A stretch of DNA of 64,000 nt, taken from a virus. Lineage: Duplodnaviria > Caudoviricetes. Below the pieces are notes generated by a model. The model was not told the origin of the DNA, made no database searches, and saw only the letters and a list, made by a program, of their open reading frames with translations. This document shows, piece by piece, positions 45,221 to 55,016 of the stretch. A program made the position numbers and the translations under genes. Location: the IMG/VR virus record IMGVR_UViG_3300044611_001018; one strand, given 5' to 3'. Every line of letters begins with the position of its first letter. The first letter of the stretch is position 1.

Positions 45221-46345
45221 TCACTTAAGATTTTTTAGAACGTCAGTTACTTGAGAATTTAAATTTGAATTTGAAGATGTATTTTGAAGTTGATTCAAAA
45301 ATCCTTTAGATTTTTTAATCATAGGTTTATTATTGCCAGAAGGCAAGTTTAATGGGGGAGTTGTTGGTTGAGTGTTTCTGGTATTATTATAATTTGTATA
45401 GGCAACAGATTTGCCCATTCTTTTACGAACAGATTCAATGACAGTTTTTATCTGTTCTTTTGTCATTTCCATTGCCTGATCATTATATCTATCAACTTCC
45501 TCATCCATAGAAATTCTAATTGGGGCATATTTCCTTCTATCAAATCCAATATCAATTATATCAAAATCTTTACTATTTGGATAAGATATATTAATTGGAT
45601 ATGTAGAACCAGTTACAACGGTTGCAGTTTTACCAAATGCCTTTGCAATATGTTGTCCAACACTATCACACCCCAAGAAATGGTCTGCAGCATTTATAAT
45701 TCCAGCCCAAAGTCTAATGTCCGTGATTTGGGGTCTGGCAACTTTATAATTAGAATTTTCTTCATTCTCTTCTAGTGGAAAATGAACTTCACTCATAATA
45801 ACAATACCATAATCCTTCTTAAGTTCATTGATAATATCAACAATACTTGTTAAAGAAAAACTTCTTGAGGATGGATCAGCAATAAAATCACTTCCTACTT
45901 GTTCAATAGATCTACCAAAAGGTTGGACAACTAGTACTTTATCTTTCCCAGTTACTGTTTTAACTTCTTCTATAGTATTAAATCCAGTAATTGCTTCCAT
46001 CTTGCTCAAATGTATAGATGGATCTTTAAGTTCTCTTGGTTCATCAAGATTATTAATGATAATATCAAAAGCTTGAGACAAGCTACATTTTTGATTATAG
46101 TAATTCCACTCTCTATAGGGTTCAGGACTTACACAATCTCTAGGTTTAATATATTCTTCAAAAAGTCCCTTATGCCAATTGTCATAAACTTTATTATGAA
46201 GTACGGGATGTCCCTTAAAAAAATCTGTTCCCCCCTCACAAACAATTATAAAATCATCATGGGTTTCTGCATATTTTTCAAGTGCAGGGATAGAACAAAC
46301 AACTCTGCCAGCTCCACCATTAATAAAAAATGCTTTTGATCTCAT
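45221..46345 (-). CDS. GT-B glycosyltransferase, GT9 (heptosyltransferase)-like
   Basis: GG.G..V...PAL at the N-terminus; VVQPFG; I..ADHFLGCDS..QHIAKAFGK.A.VV.GST, matching the GT9 D(S/T)G..H.A pattern. Confidence 0.65.
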   Translation of the reverse strand: MRSKAFFINGGAGRVVCSIPALEKYAETHDDFIIVCEGGTDFFKGHPVLHNKVYDNWHKGLFEEYIKPRDCVSPEPYREWNYYNQKCSLSQAFDIIINNLDEPRELKDPSIHLSKMEAITGFNTIEEVKTVTGKDKVLVVQPFGRSIEQVGSDFIADPSSRSFSLTSIVDIINELKKDYGIVIMSEVHFPLEENEENSNYKVARPQITDIRLWAGIINAADHFLGCDSVGQHIAKAFGKTATVVTGSTYPINISYPNSKDFDIIDIGFDRRKYAPIRISMDEEVDRYNDQAMEMTKEQIKTVIESVRKRMGKSVAYTNYNNTRNTQPTTPPLNLPSGNNKPMIKKSKGFLNQLQNTSSNSNLNSQVTDVLKNLK

Positions 46346-46385
46346 TAGATAACCTCAGTTAAAAATTATTAATCCTGTGTATTTA

Positions 46386-46991
46386 TTACATGAACATGAT
46401 CTGGACTAATCGATCATGATTTTTAAACATATTTCTATCCATAATGGCTCCATGAACCATATTTGCATCATACAATACTGCCTTATTATACTCCATTTTT
46501 GAGGCATATTCAATCTTTGTTCTGTCATATTTTTCATCATATGAATAAAATTCAGTACCACCAGCACATTCATTTGGGGTATTTAAATACACAACACAAG
46601 CCCATTTATTATCTGGACCATCAACATGGGCAATATATTCCCTTCCATCTTCTATTATTTCTTTATTGTTTGTGACATTAACCATAAACCTCATTCCAGA
46701 CCAACGATATTCGTGATGTTTTTTTTCAAATTTAATGTGCCATCCAGAATGACTGCACAATTGTTCAAACACATCCTTCATAAAAAAAGATAATCTCAAA
46801 TCATCCTCACATACTCTACGACCTATAGAATATGCTAAGAGATCTTGATTATCTTTTTTTGTATATTTTTTTGATTTTAATGCATACTCACGAACACCAT
46901 CTGGATTAAGATAAAAATTTTTTATCTCAAATAATTGCTTTCCATTAACAACTTTAATTTTTACATTTAAATTTGAATTTAATTCAAACAT
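46386..46991 (-). CDS. Fe/2OG oxygenase (DUF6445-like)
   Basis: NFY.NPD.VR...AHVD...WACVVYLN....GGT.FY...YNKAVLY...VH...RLVQIMF. Confidence 0.75.
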   Translation of the reverse strand: MFELNSNLNVKIKVVNGKQLFEIKNFYLNPDGVREYALKSKKYTKKDNQDLLAYSIGRRVCEDDLRLSFFMKDVFEQLCSHSGWHIKFEKKHHEYRWSGMRFMVNVTNNKEIIEDGREYIAHVDGPDNKWACVVYLNTPNECAGGTEFYSYDEKYDRTKIEYASKMEYNKAVLYDANMVHGAIMDRNMFKNHDRLVQIMFM

Positions 46992-47527
46992 TACAATAAA
47001 GGAATAGAACCATAATTTTTAGTCGGCATATTAAGTTCATAGCAACTTTCTGGCATTACATCAAATCCAATAGTAATTCGTTTACCAGAATATTTTGATT
47101 TATTAACTACTCTATGGCGTATATTACCACGTCCAAAATATATATTTCCTACTTCATTTTCAATGTTCCAATCTCCAAATTCAGTAGTTGTATCCTGAGG
47201 TTCTATTGAAACATACCCATGATAAGGTGCCGAATGATTGTGCCAATCTAATACTTGATCATAATCATGATAATTTAACCAAGATTGCATCCAAACTTTA
47301 TCTTCTTTTATATTTTCTCTGATTATATCATTTAGTTTTTTAAAAATATTCCAAAAATGAATGGATGGAGAAGATACACTAAAGATATTATACAAATAAT
47401 AATTCCAAGTAGTATCTCCAAATCCATCAGAAAGCAAAGATTGGTGGCAAAAACTTGCCACCTTTATAATCTCTGCTTGATTTTCTTTTATATAATCAAA
47501 TTTGTATAATTTATAATCTTGATTCAT
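46991..47527 (-). CDS. Fe/2OG-like oxygenase
   Basis: WMQSWLN...WHNH...HGY.SI...RHRV...RITIGFD. Confidence 0.65.
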   Translation of the reverse strand: MNQDYKLYKFDYIKENQAEIIKVASFCHQSLLSDGFGDTTWNYYLYNIFSVSSPSIHFWNIFKKLNDIIRENIKEDKVWMQSWLNYHDYDQVLDWHNHSAPYHGYVSIEPQDTTTEFGDWNIENEVGNIYFGRGNIRHRVVNKSKYSGKRITIGFDVMPESCYELNMPTKNYGSIPLL

Positions 47528-47545
47528 ATTAAAAATAAAGCAAAA

Positions 47546-48256
47546 TCAAATAGTTAATCCACCATTAGTTGGTTCTTTTATTGCGTCTGGATTTTCTGGG
47601 AACATATAGTATGCAATATTAGGAGGAACTCCATTAGATTGCATTATTTCTGGAAAATCTCTTAACTTCTGACGATATTCCTTCCAAGCATCCTTCAATG
47701 TTTGTGGCATATCTTCAGTAACTCTACCATCTGTTCCTTGTAAGTGACCATCTCTGTGGCGTCTAATATCATCCCAAGTTAGATCAGTATCTCTGTCCAA
47801 TAATTTTTGAATTACTGTCCAGGTTTTAATTGTAAGTTCACCATCAACAACTTTTACGGAGTACTTATCATAAATATCACCAGGCATTAATGGTGTTTGA
47901 TAGGTAAATTGAGGAAATCCATCAATTTCTGGAGATTGTTCATGTACAACTTCTCCAGTATATTGCTCTTCTAATTCATTTATTGGTTGTCCTCTTAATT
48001 GACAAATCAAAGGATTTGTTGTGCAGTCAACCTCAAACCATTCTACAACATCCTCTGGCATTGGTCTGCCGTCAAGGATATCATCTTCGATCAATGGACC
48101 ATACTTTTCTGTTCCATCTTCACCAATTTGAAGATAGATTTTATCTGGACCATCATATGCAGATGTTCTAGTGTTTCCTTCGCTAAATGAATGATCTACC
48201 AAAAAATTATTAGGTAATGGTAGTTCATATTCTACGTGAATGATCTCTGTTGCCAT
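47546..48256 (-). CDS. Tail-fibre assembly chaperone-like protein
   Basis: C-terminal WDDIRRHRD..L..TD......P......W..YRQKLRDFP. Confidence 0.75.
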   Translation of the reverse strand: MATEIIHVEYELPLPNNFLVDHSFSEGNTRTSAYDGPDKIYLQIGEDGTEKYGPLIEDDILDGRPMPEDVVEWFEVDCTTNPLICQLRGQPINELEEQYTGEVVHEQSPEIDGFPQFTYQTPLMPGDIYDKYSVKVVDGELTIKTWTVIQKLLDRDTDLTWDDIRRHRDGHLQGTDGRVTEDMPQTLKDAWKEYRQKLRDFPEIMQSNGVPPNIAYYMFPENPDAIKEPTNGGLTI

Positions 48257-48294
48257 AATAGTTTCTGTTTTGTTCAGGTTTTCTCCCTCGTTAA

Positions 48295-48302
48295 TATTTA
48301 TA
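48295..48302 (-). promoter_or_regulatory. T4-type late promoter TATAAATA
   Basis: Exact TATAAATA on the minus strand, ~39 nt upstream of the chaperone ATG. Confidence 0.7.
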
Positions 48303-48304
48303 AT

Positions 48305-48330
48305 AAAAAAAGGTATGGTTTCCCATACCC
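48305..48330 (-). terminator. Intrinsic terminator after the Cys-rich genes
   Basis: GGTATGG-GAAA-CCATACC-TTTTTTT. Confidence 0.85.
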
Positions 48331-48366
48331 CAATAAAACTTCCTTCACACGGATATATTTATTATA

Positions 48367-49155
48367 CTACACAAAAGTAATTTTAACAAGTCCTGGTCCA
48401 CCAGTTCCACCTTGTCCACAACAAGAAGATCCACAATAATTAGTCATTCCATTCTGTCCACCATGTCCATATGGAACAGTCCAACATCCACAACGCATCC
48501 AGCAAAAGTTATTAACTTGCATTACATTTGTTCCAATAAATGGTGCTGCAGATGGAATGCTATACTTTCCGTGACAATGACATGCCCAACCTTTTGGTCT
48601 CCAATAAATTGATTGGTGATTTCCCATTCCAAAATCACCTCCCATAGCACCAGGAGACATGCAACACCTACCGTTAGTAGAATAACAAGCTAATGACCAA
48701 TTATTTTCAGCAAATCCATACTCTCCGCCAATAGCACAAAAATTACTTAAATTACAACCATTCACAAAGGAAGCACAACCAGCACATGCAGTAGTCTCAA
48801 ATGAACAACATGGATAAACACCACCAGCACAAATTGTATAAGTCCAACCTGGACATACATCAATCGTTTTTGTATTATAGTATCCTCCCTGAGCACCAGC
48901 GTATATGTGACATCTGCTGCAAGAGCAGGCACCTGATCCATTGCCACCAGAACCCCAAAGCTCAAAAGTAACTCTTCTTACGTTAGTGGGAACTGTCCAA
49001 AGACAGCAGCATCCACTAGAAGTAGATCCTGGAGCACCATGAAACCATTTAACGCACCAAGTATCTAATCCAGTTGGATTAAGTGCAGAAGGAGTTATTG
49101 TGTTATCTGGAATTGATGCTCCATCAATTTTTTTGTAACTAGCATAAGTTGCCAT
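48367..49155 (-). CDS. Cys/Gly-rich tail-type protein, paralogue 3
   Basis: WTVP..V.RVTFELWGSGG...GG.GG.GLVKI glycine-rich tail domain; 26 Cys counted by hand. Confidence 0.75.
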   Translation of the reverse strand: MATYASYKKIDGASIPDNTITPSALNPTGLDTWCVKWFHGAPGSTSSGCCCLWTVPTNVRRVTFELWGSGGNGSGACSCSRCHIYAGAQGGYYNTKTIDVCPGWTYTICAGGVYPCCSFETTACAGCASFVNGCNLSNFCAIGGEYGFAENNWSLACYSTNGRCCMSPGAMGGDFGMGNHQSIYWRPKGWACHCHGKYSIPSAAPFIGTNVMQVNNFCWMRCGCWTVPYGHGGQNGMTNYCGSSCCGQGGTGGPGLVKITFV

Positions 49156-49174
49156 TGTGATTTATTCTCCTTCT

Positions 49175-49969
49175 TTAAAAATAGGTAATTTTAACAAGAC
49201 CTGGACCACCTGTGCCACCTTGCCCACAGTTACCACCACAGTAAGTGCTGTGTCCATTCTGACCCCCATTACCATAAGGAACTGTCCAACAACCACAACG
49301 AATCCAACATTCTCTAAGAGACATTGTTACGTTTGTGCCGATTAGGGCTGCTCCACTCGCATACCAGGCATAATTGTAACAATGGCAGAATCCCCTATCA
49401 TAAACAAACTCTCCTCCACTGAAATTTCCAGATTGCGTGGGCTGATACCAATCTCCTCCATCATCTCCAGGTTGTCTGCAGCAATAATTTTCCGAGTTAC
49501 ATAACGCAGGCCAGTTATCATTTGAATAACCATCATGACCACCAATGGCACAAAAATTACTCAAATTATACCCATTTACATACGATGAACACCCAAAACA
49601 TGCGCGACATTCTATTGAATAACATGGATATACACCACCAGCACAAACAGTATATTGACATCCTGGAGCAGTATTAATGGTTTTTACATTATAATATCCA
49701 CCAGCAGCACCCATTGCGTGTTGGCATCTATTACATGAGCATGAACCTCCACCATTACCACCAGAACCCCACAATTGAATGTGAAGTTTCTTTACTCCAG
49801 AAGGAACTGTCCAAAGGCAACAACATCCACTAGAACATGCCCCTGGATTCCCAAAAAACCATTTAACTCCATATGCAGTGTTGAGTGGCGAGGAAAAGTC
49901 AGCAGCATCCACTGAAGCAGTAGTAAGAGATTCTGAACTAATTTTTTTGTAGCTTGAGTATGTTGCCAT
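49175..49969 (-). CDS. Cys/Gly-rich tail-type protein, paralogue 2
   Basis: Same scaffold; 24 Cys counted by hand. Confidence 0.75.
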   Translation of the reverse strand: MATYSSYKKISSESLTTASVDAADFSSPLNTAYGVKWFFGNPGACSSGCCCLWTVPSGVKKLHIQLWGSGGNGGGSCSCNRCQHAMGAAGGYYNVKTINTAPGCQYTVCAGGVYPCYSIECRACFGCSSYVNGYNLSNFCAIGGHDGYSNDNWPALCNSENYCCRQPGDDGGDWYQPTQSGNFSGGEFVYDRGFCHCYNYAWYASGAALIGTNVTMSLRECWIRCGCWTVPYGNGGQNGHSTYCGGNCGQGGTGGPGLVKITYF

Positions 49970-49973
49970 TTTT

Positions 49974-50759
49974 TTAACTGTATGTAATTTTTACAAGACC
50001 TGCACCACCAGTTCCACCTTGTCCACAACAAGAAGTTCCACAATAAGTAGTCGTAGCACCTTGTCCCCCAGTGCCATATGGAACTCTCCAACATCCACAA
50101 CGCATCCAGCAGAGAGCCATTGCTTGAGATGTTCCACTACCTCCAGCAAGGAATGGTGCATTAGTTGTACAAGTCCAGTGGTAATTACAATGGCAAAAGA
50201 TAGATCCACCCCAATGACCTCTGTGATTGCCCATTCCAAAATCCCCATCAAAAGTTTGTGGGGCGACACAGCAATGCCAGTCGGAATAGCAACCTTCTTG
50301 CCAGTTAGTCTCTGCTCTTCCAGTATCACCACCAATGGCACAAAAATTACTTAAATTACAACCATTGACATAAGATGAGCATCCATTACATGCGGTACAT
50401 TCAAATGAACAACATGGATAAACACCAGCAGCACAAATGGTATAAGTCCAACCTGGAGTTACGCTAATTGTTTTGCTATTATAAAATCCACCGCCAGCAC
50501 CTTGATAGTGATGACAACGACTACATGAACAAGCACCGTGTCCGTTACCACCAGCACCCCAAAGTTCAAAGGTAACTCTTTTTACTCCAGAAGGAACCGT
50601 CCAGAGACAGCAACATCCAGGAGAACACATATTTGGTTGACCAAATACATGGAAGACATTGTAAGCATATCCAGCACCAGATTGAAGAGCTGATGTTGCA
50701 ACAGTTCCATCAACAATTTGACCAGATACTATTTTTTTGTAACTTCCGTATGATGCCAT
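49974..50759 (-). CDS. Cys/Gly-rich tail-type protein, paralogue 1
   Basis: Same scaffold; 27 Cys counted by hand. Confidence 0.75.
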   Translation of the reverse strand: MASYGSYKKIVSGQIVDGTVATSALQSGAGYAYNVFHVFGQPNMCSPGCCCLWTVPSGVKRVTFELWGAGGNGHGACSCSRCHHYQGAGGGFYNSKTISVTPGWTYTICAAGVYPCCSFECTACNGCSSYVNGCNLSNFCAIGGDTGRAETNWQEGCYSDWHCCVAPQTFDGDFGMGNHRGHWGGSIFCHCNYHWTCTTNAPFLAGGSGTSQAMALCWMRCGCWRVPYGTGGQGATTTYCGTSCCGQGGTGGAGLVKITYS

Positions 50760-50778
50760 TTTTTAAACCATTTGTTAC

Positions 50779-50786
50779 TATTTATA
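50779..50786 (-). promoter_or_regulatory. T4-type late promoter TATAAATA
   Basis: Exact motif ~20 nt upstream of the first Cys-rich gene. Confidence 0.75.
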
Positions 50787-50793
50787 TATTGAC

Positions 50794-50815
50794 AAAGGGG
50801 GGCATAGTGCCCCCC
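50794..50815 (-). terminator. Intrinsic terminator after the large fibre gene
   Basis: GGGGGGCA-CTA-TGCCCCCC-TTT. Confidence 0.75.
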
Positions 50816-50822
50816 AGAAGCA

Positions 50823-53800
50823 TTAGACGGTGAAGATTCTCCATCCAAAAGTATTTCCAGAGAAGACTAATTCAAATGCAGCTCCTTCTGTAGAAACTGT
50901 CAGGTCTGCAGCATCACCTTGAATTAACTTACCGTTTCTTCCAACAGTAAGATTGTTTGTGTCAAATGTTTTAGCAACATCATAAACTCTAATCTTATCA
51001 CCAACTGCAGGTGATGCTGGGAGAGTAAGAGTAACAGCTCCTCCATTAGTATTTACAAAATACTGTCCCCAAGATACCGCAGTAAGATTACCAGTTACGT
51101 CAGTTGGAGTTACTTCACCTGTAGGAATCCAAGAAGTTCCATTATAATACTCCATAGTCTTCAGAGTACTATTGTATCTGAACTGTCCTTCGATTAGAGA
51201 TACAGGTCTCTCAGCAGTTGTTCCTTTAGGTGGAACCATTGCCTCAACACCCATCTTATCTCTAAGTAAGAATCCACGAACTGCAAATTCAGTTGGACAA
51301 GCGGTATTAGAGTTACCGCTCATAGTTTCGTCAGATGAGAATTCATTAATTGCTTCACCAATCTGACCACCCAGCGAACCCAGTCTCAGTTCTGTCAGAC
51401 CTGACAGGTTGAATGCGTTAGCATCCAGGGTTGCAGCACCAGTTAACTGGTTAACAGAGAAGAATTGACCAACACGGAAGTTACCACCTTGGTCAGTGGA
51501 GACGAAGAATACTCTACCAGGACCAAAGTTATTGGTCTCTCTACCCTGCTGTACGTTTGCTTCATTAACATTTGGATAGTTGGTCTCAGTCTTGTTACCA
51601 ACACCAATTGAGAGGAAGTCGTGACCAGTCAGACGAGCGTTAGAGAATCTTGTTCTAACTTCAGTAAATGATCCACCATCAGTACTAGTAGTACCAACTC
51701 CTGCACGAGTGTCAAATGTCTGAACAGTCTTCTCAGGTGAGAACGTTACAGTTACTCTACCCGAATACGTAACAGGTGGAAGACCAACAGATCCTCTGTG
51801 CTGTACATAAGAAGTTGTAAATCCAGTTACGTTATTAACAATATAGAATCTTGGTAGACCATTAACCAAATCACTACCTACTCCTACTTGAGTAGTAGTA
51901 AATCCAATAGCATCACCAACTATAGGAAGATTACTACCATCAGCAAGATCAAGTTCAACCAGAACACCCTTTTGTCCACCTACAGCATTTGCAGCAGTTG
52001 CAACTCTAATAGCACCAGTTGTTCCAGCACCAATGAAGCTAATCCACTCACCAGGAATAAAACTTGTAGTACCAATACCTGCACTTGGTGAACCATATCC
52101 AGGATAATACTTAAAGTAAATTGCATCAGCAGAGATTTGATCGTTAATAAAGGTTGCGTATGCACCCGAAGTTTCACCTCTCATGGTCATACCAACACCA
52201 ACAGTACCACTGACTGTACCAACAACAGTAGAAAGTTTGTCACCAAATACTCTTAATGTTCTTGCAGTCTCAGCAGTAGAGAATCCAGAAGCAATAACAC
52301 CATAATCACCATAAGAGTTGTTACCACCAACGGAACGAATTCTTGAACCGCCACCAGCATAATAACCCCAACGGCAATAGTAGGTGAAGGAAGAAACGAT
52401 TTCAGAACCCGCATCATTATCAAGAATAAATCCAGCACCATCACTAAGAACGTTAGTGAAGGCATCAAATACCATTGTCTTAAATCCTGATGCATGGACA
52501 TTGCCATCAATGAATACACCAACACCAGCACCACCTGAACCACCATCAGTTGGAGGATTACCGAATGCAGTACAATCCTTAACGTAAGGAGACTTATTCA
52601 GAATTGGTGAGTTGGGGTTGAATGCAAAATAAACACCACAAGCAGTTGAACCAATACCAGTTCTTACGGTTGTTGCGGCCAACTCGTATGGTCTATTTGG
52701 GTCATAATCAAATCCAACTAAACCATCAACGTTTAGACCCTGAACGGTTGTAGCATCAGACAACCTAAACATTGTCTGACGATTATTTGGAGTAAGACCA
52801 TCAGTAGATAATCCAGAAGCAGGACGAATCTTAGAAGATCTAAGGGTAGAACCTACAAGTGAAGTGAATGGTGGAACTGTAATTGGAAGTTGCTCCACAA
52901 ATTCAGATGCTGAAAGCTTAACAACAGCAGGTGAGAGGTTAATTACTTGACCACCACTTACATAATCATGATCAATTGTTGAAATACCAGCGTTAACTGT
53001 GAATGTATTATTGTTAACAACATCGATGACATTATAATATGAGGTAAGAACACTTCTTGGGAATACCGTTGTATCAACACCAACAAAACATGTACCACCA
53101 GATACATAAATGTGATTAATTGTTGATACACCAACGTTCATTGAGAATGAAGTTGGACTGATAACATTAGTAACTACATAGTCATATCCAAGTGCTCTTG
53201 TTCCATCAGGGAAGATTGTAGTAGTAATACCAGAACCACCAGTACAAGTAAATTCAAGATTTCTCAGTCTAATCTTTGTTCCATTCGTAATTCCAGTTGC
53301 ACCAGCACCAATTGTTACTGTACCAACACCAGAAGATGCATCATACTGGAATCCAGTAACGTTATAAGATCTACCACCACTCAAACACTCAAACTGAATA
53401 TCTGCAAGTCTAACAGTAATATTTGGATAGAGAATACCGTGAGATGGTGCAGTAATAGTTGTGAGTCCTGTAATATGATCATAAACAACATTTGTAATAT
53501 TGGTAATAGCACTTGCATTATCACATGCATACTTCAGAGTTCTAAATGACATATCTGGAGTACTGCCATTATAAGTATCAGAACCAAGTTCTGGGTCAAC
53601 ATAGTAAATACGAGTAGAATCGCCAATGGTCATCCAGGTTGGAACTCTATCTGTACCAACACCTAAAGATTGGAAGGTCATACCAATTCCAAGTCTTGCA
53701 GGAGCAGATGCATCTCTAATGAGAACATCACCCTTAGTTGTTAGAAGGGCGTTAGAATCTCCGATTGATAATGCACCCCAAATGGCAGCGTTAGTTCCTG

Positions 53801-54641
53801 GAGTAATATTTCTATATGAAGTGGATCCAATACCAACGTAGGAAGATGATGCATATTCAACAACATCATTTTTGTAATACTCAGTTGCAGTTGAATATGT
53901 ACCAGCGTATCTTAATCCACTATTAAATAGAACCCAAGCAGTTTGTGCAATTCCAACAACTGTAGATCCAATACCAGTCGTTAGACCTTTAGTTGGATGT
54001 ACATTAAATGTAGATGTTGCTGATAATCTATAAGTATCTCCACCAACAGTTACTAATTCTCCTTGATAATATGTTCTTGCAGCCTCATAAGTTGTCAAAC
54101 CAACTGCATTAATACCTTCAGATAATAGTTCCCACTCAGTTAATAGTTTTAGAGATGGTTGTTGTCCTTGAGTGGTAGTTGTAATTGCAACATATGAATT
54201 TCCAGAAAATATAACAACATCACCAGTTTCATATGAAGTTCCAGCATCCCAACTACCTTCTCCAGTAAATCCTGAGACATAAGATACAACGTTTGGATTT
54301 GCTGGACCAGTAGTTCCAATTCCAGCAAACACCAACCCCGCAGTTGTTCCAATACCAGCAGTTACACGGTATTGTGTGTTACCAAAAAGAACAACGTCGT
54401 TCTTTTTATAGAACGTTCCGCCACTATATAAACCTACATTTCTGATTCCCTCAACATGTAAGGACCAGTATGATTCGTCAGTAGCATACCAATTAACTTC
54501 ACTTGCCGTTGAAGTATGATTGGTAGTACAGACGTAGGTATTAGCACCAAATTTTACGATATCATCAATGACGTAAGCGGTGCTAGGAGCCCAATTGCTT
54601 CTCCAATTGAATTTTAGTCTTCCTAATCTAAAATCAGCCAT
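50823..54641 (-). CDS. Large tail-fibre/virion protein (1272 aa)
   Basis: N-terminal W.....Y...D.V...G..Y repeats (CBM5/12-like); YYVDPELGSD..NG motif before a beta-helix-like region; PKGTTAERP...RYN and YFVNT.GGAVT.TLPASP modules at the C-terminus. Confidence 0.8.
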   Translation of the reverse strand: MADFRLGRLKFNWRSNWAPSTAYVIDDIVKFGANTYVCTTNHTSTASEVNWYATDESYWSLHVEGIRNVGLYSGGTFYKKNDVVLFGNTQYRVTAGIGTTAGLVFAGIGTTGPANPNVVSYVSGFTGEGSWDAGTSYETGDVVIFSGNSYVAITTTTQGQQPSLKLLTEWELLSEGINAVGLTTYEAARTYYQGELVTVGGDTYRLSATSTFNVHPTKGLTTGIGSTVVGIAQTAWVLFNSGLRYAGTYSTATEYYKNDVVEYASSSYVGIGSTSYRNITPGTNAAIWGALSIGDSNALLTTKGDVLIRDASAPARLGIGMTFQSLGVGTDRVPTWMTIGDSTRIYYVDPELGSDTYNGSTPDMSFRTLKYACDNASAITNITNVVYDHITGLTTITAPSHGILYPNITVRLADIQFECLSGGRSYNVTGFQYDASSGVGTVTIGAGATGITNGTKIRLRNLEFTCTGGSGITTTIFPDGTRALGYDYVVTNVISPTSFSMNVGVSTINHIYVSGGTCFVGVDTTVFPRSVLTSYYNVIDVVNNNTFTVNAGISTIDHDYVSGGQVINLSPAVVKLSASEFVEQLPITVPPFTSLVGSTLRSSKIRPASGLSTDGLTPNNRQTMFRLSDATTVQGLNVDGLVGFDYDPNRPYELAATTVRTGIGSTACGVYFAFNPNSPILNKSPYVKDCTAFGNPPTDGGSGGAGVGVFIDGNVHASGFKTMVFDAFTNVLSDGAGFILDNDAGSEIVSSFTYYCRWGYYAGGGSRIRSVGGNNSYGDYGVIASGFSTAETARTLRVFGDKLSTVVGTVSGTVGVGMTMRGETSGAYATFINDQISADAIYFKYYPGYGSPSAGIGTTSFIPGEWISFIGAGTTGAIRVATAANAVGGQKGVLVELDLADGSNLPIVGDAIGFTTTQVGVGSDLVNGLPRFYIVNNVTGFTTSYVQHRGSVGLPPVTYSGRVTVTFSPEKTVQTFDTRAGVGTTSTDGGSFTEVRTRFSNARLTGHDFLSIGVGNKTETNYPNVNEANVQQGRETNNFGPGRVFFVSTDQGGNFRVGQFFSVNQLTGAATLDANAFNLSGLTELRLGSLGGQIGEAINEFSSDETMSGNSNTACPTEFAVRGFLLRDKMGVEAMVPPKGTTAERPVSLIEGQFRYNSTLKTMEYYNGTSWIPTGEVTPTDVTGNLTAVSWGQYFVNTNGGAVTLTLPASPAVGDKIRVYDVAKTFDTNNLTVGRNGKLIQGDAADLTVSTEGAAFELVFSGNTFGWRIFTV

Positions 54642-54659
54642 CGTTTTTAAATTCCTTTT

Positions 54660-55016
54660 TTACTTAGGTCCTTGAGTTGCATGATCATAACTGCCATTAA
54701 TTCTGGCAACTAAATATCCATCATCATCAATAAAATAGTTTAGATTTCTAAAATCAAACCTATACTGTTGGTATTTATCATGCGGATGATTCTTATAAGA
54801 TTTCTCTTCTGTAGTTTCATCAACATAATCAACACCATCTAGGAACCCTGGATATTGAGTTCCATCTGTTCTATGAAAATCTCCAATTTCTGTGCTTCCC
54901 GCACCAACCTTAGTATAACGTAACATACCGTCCTCATCTCTACGAAGAGCATGGACAATAAAATCATTTGATTGTGCCACCGATTTGGTGGAATTATCCA
55001 TTCTGCTTAGATTCAT
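54660..55016 (-). CDS. Hypothetical virion-associated protein
   Basis: ATGA overlap with the upstream gene; YQQYRFD.R.L.Y.IDDDGYLV. Confidence 0.6.
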   Translation of the reverse strand: MNLSRMDNSTKSVAQSNDFIVHALRRDEDGMLRYTKVGAGSTEIGDFHRTDGTQYPGFLDGVDYVDETTEEKSYKNHPHDKYQQYRFDFRNLNYFIDDDGYLVARINGSYDHATQGPK

